Source of the DNA: Rickettsiales bacterium
Lineage (GTDB): Bacteria > Pseudomonadota > Alphaproteobacteria > Rickettsiales > Midichloriaceae
Length of the DNA: 38,037 nt
Reading direction: 5' to 3'
NCBI GenBank assembly: GCA_044446225.1
Contig: JBIOER010000001.1
Location: forward strand, 1-38,037
The notes below the pieces were generated by a model. It worked only from the letters and a program-made list of their open reading frames with translations, was not told the DNA's origin and searched no databases. How positions within the stretch are numbered: the first letter of the stretch is position 1; every line of letters begins with the position of its first letter. The translations under genes and the position numbers were made by a program. This document shows, piece after piece, positions 37,426-38,037 of this stretch.

Positions 37426-38037
37426 CTACTTTAAAATTTTTAAAAGTTCATCCATATCTTTTGGAAGTGGCGCCTCAAAGATTAGAGTTTCTTTCGTGGT
37501 CGGGTGAATAAAGCTAATTTTTCTAGCATGCAGCGCCTGACGAGGAAAATTTTCAACCGCCTGTTGCACATTTTTAGGAAGCATCACTAAATGATGATTC
37601 ATCGATTTGCCATAAATTGGATCACCAATTATTGGCGTGCGTTTATGCTCCATATGCACGCGAATCTGATGCGTCCTACCTGTTTCAAGCTCTAATTCCA
37701 GCAATGAAAAACGATCATAAAAAGTCTCTACGGTTTTATAATGAGTAGTGGCGATGCGGCCAAGTGACTTCTTAATTACCATCCGCCTTTTTTCGCCGTC
37801 TTTAGCTACATGAGTAGTAATGGTGCCAATGGGTGGCACCAGCATGTTATAAGTTAGGGCAAAATAAGTGCGCTTTAGCGTCCGGATCTCTAATTGCTTT
37901 GAAAGTGAGTGATGGGCTTTATTGTTCTTTGCAACCAACATCAACCCACTAGTATCCTTATCAAGGCGGTGCACAATCCCGATGCGCTCTTCACCCGCAA
38001 GGTCAGAGAGGTTTTTACCATAGCGCGCATATAGCAC
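37426..38037 (-). CDS. RluA-family 23S rRNA pseudouridine synthase (RluD/RluC-like), 5' end truncated by the window edge
   Basis: Catalytic HRLDKDTSGLMLVAKN and GRTHQIRVHM are present. The ORF runs off the right edge, so the N-terminus is not visible. Confidence 0.9.
   Translation of the reverse strand: MLYARYGKNLSDLAGEERIGIVHRLDKDTSGLMLVAKNNKAHHSLSKQLEIRTLKRTYFALTYNMLVPPIGTITTHVAKDGEKRRMVIKKSLGRIATTHYKTVETFYDRFSLLELELETGRTHQIRVHMEHKRTPIIGDPIYGKSMNHHLVMLPKNVQQAVENFPRQALHARKISFIHPTTKETLIFEAPLPKDMDELLKILK

Overview
This is a compact, mostly coding, moderately A+T-rich bacterial window. All calls rest on motifs I recognise by eye; no searches were run.

About 43% of it (10346..26775, minus strand) is a split VirB-type type IV secretion locus. 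The order is VirB6-like, virB3, virB4, then four more VirB6-like genes. This virB3-virB4-multi-virB6 layout is the hallmark of Rickettsiales vir homolog (rvh) systems, so I infer a Rickettsiales/Holosporales-like intracellular alphaproteobacterium.

The remaining genes are housekeeping:
- obg, iscX and a stand-alone FlhB-C-like gene
- metK and pgeF
- trpS, then murF-ligA-smr-hemD-like
- miaA, pgi, dgt-like, dadA and a partial RluA-family synthase

Features that are not ordinary housekeeping:
1. All five VirB6-like proteins carry large N-terminal Cys-rich secreted domains in front of the polytopic domain. They fall into two paralog families, and one carries a Gly/Ser low-complexity insertion.
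2. A 1702-aa single-gene fusion (DUF4011-like N-terminus, Upf1-like SF1 helicase, C-terminal Vsr/DUF559-like endonuclease) is wedged between metK and pgeF. It looks A+T-richer than its neighbours and has about 885 aa inserted between Walker A and motif II. I treat it as a candidate defence or foreign gene.
3. Two RNA genes are missed by the ORF track: a confident SRP (4.5S) RNA, and a roughly 168-nt rod-shaped candidate sRNA (6S-like). Each has its own sigma70-type promoter.
4. The whole hemD-like/miaA spacer is a 161-bp tandem duplication with inverted-repeat ends and a conserved 17-codon mini-ORF.

I saw no tRNA, rRNA, CRISPR array, transposase or integrase.
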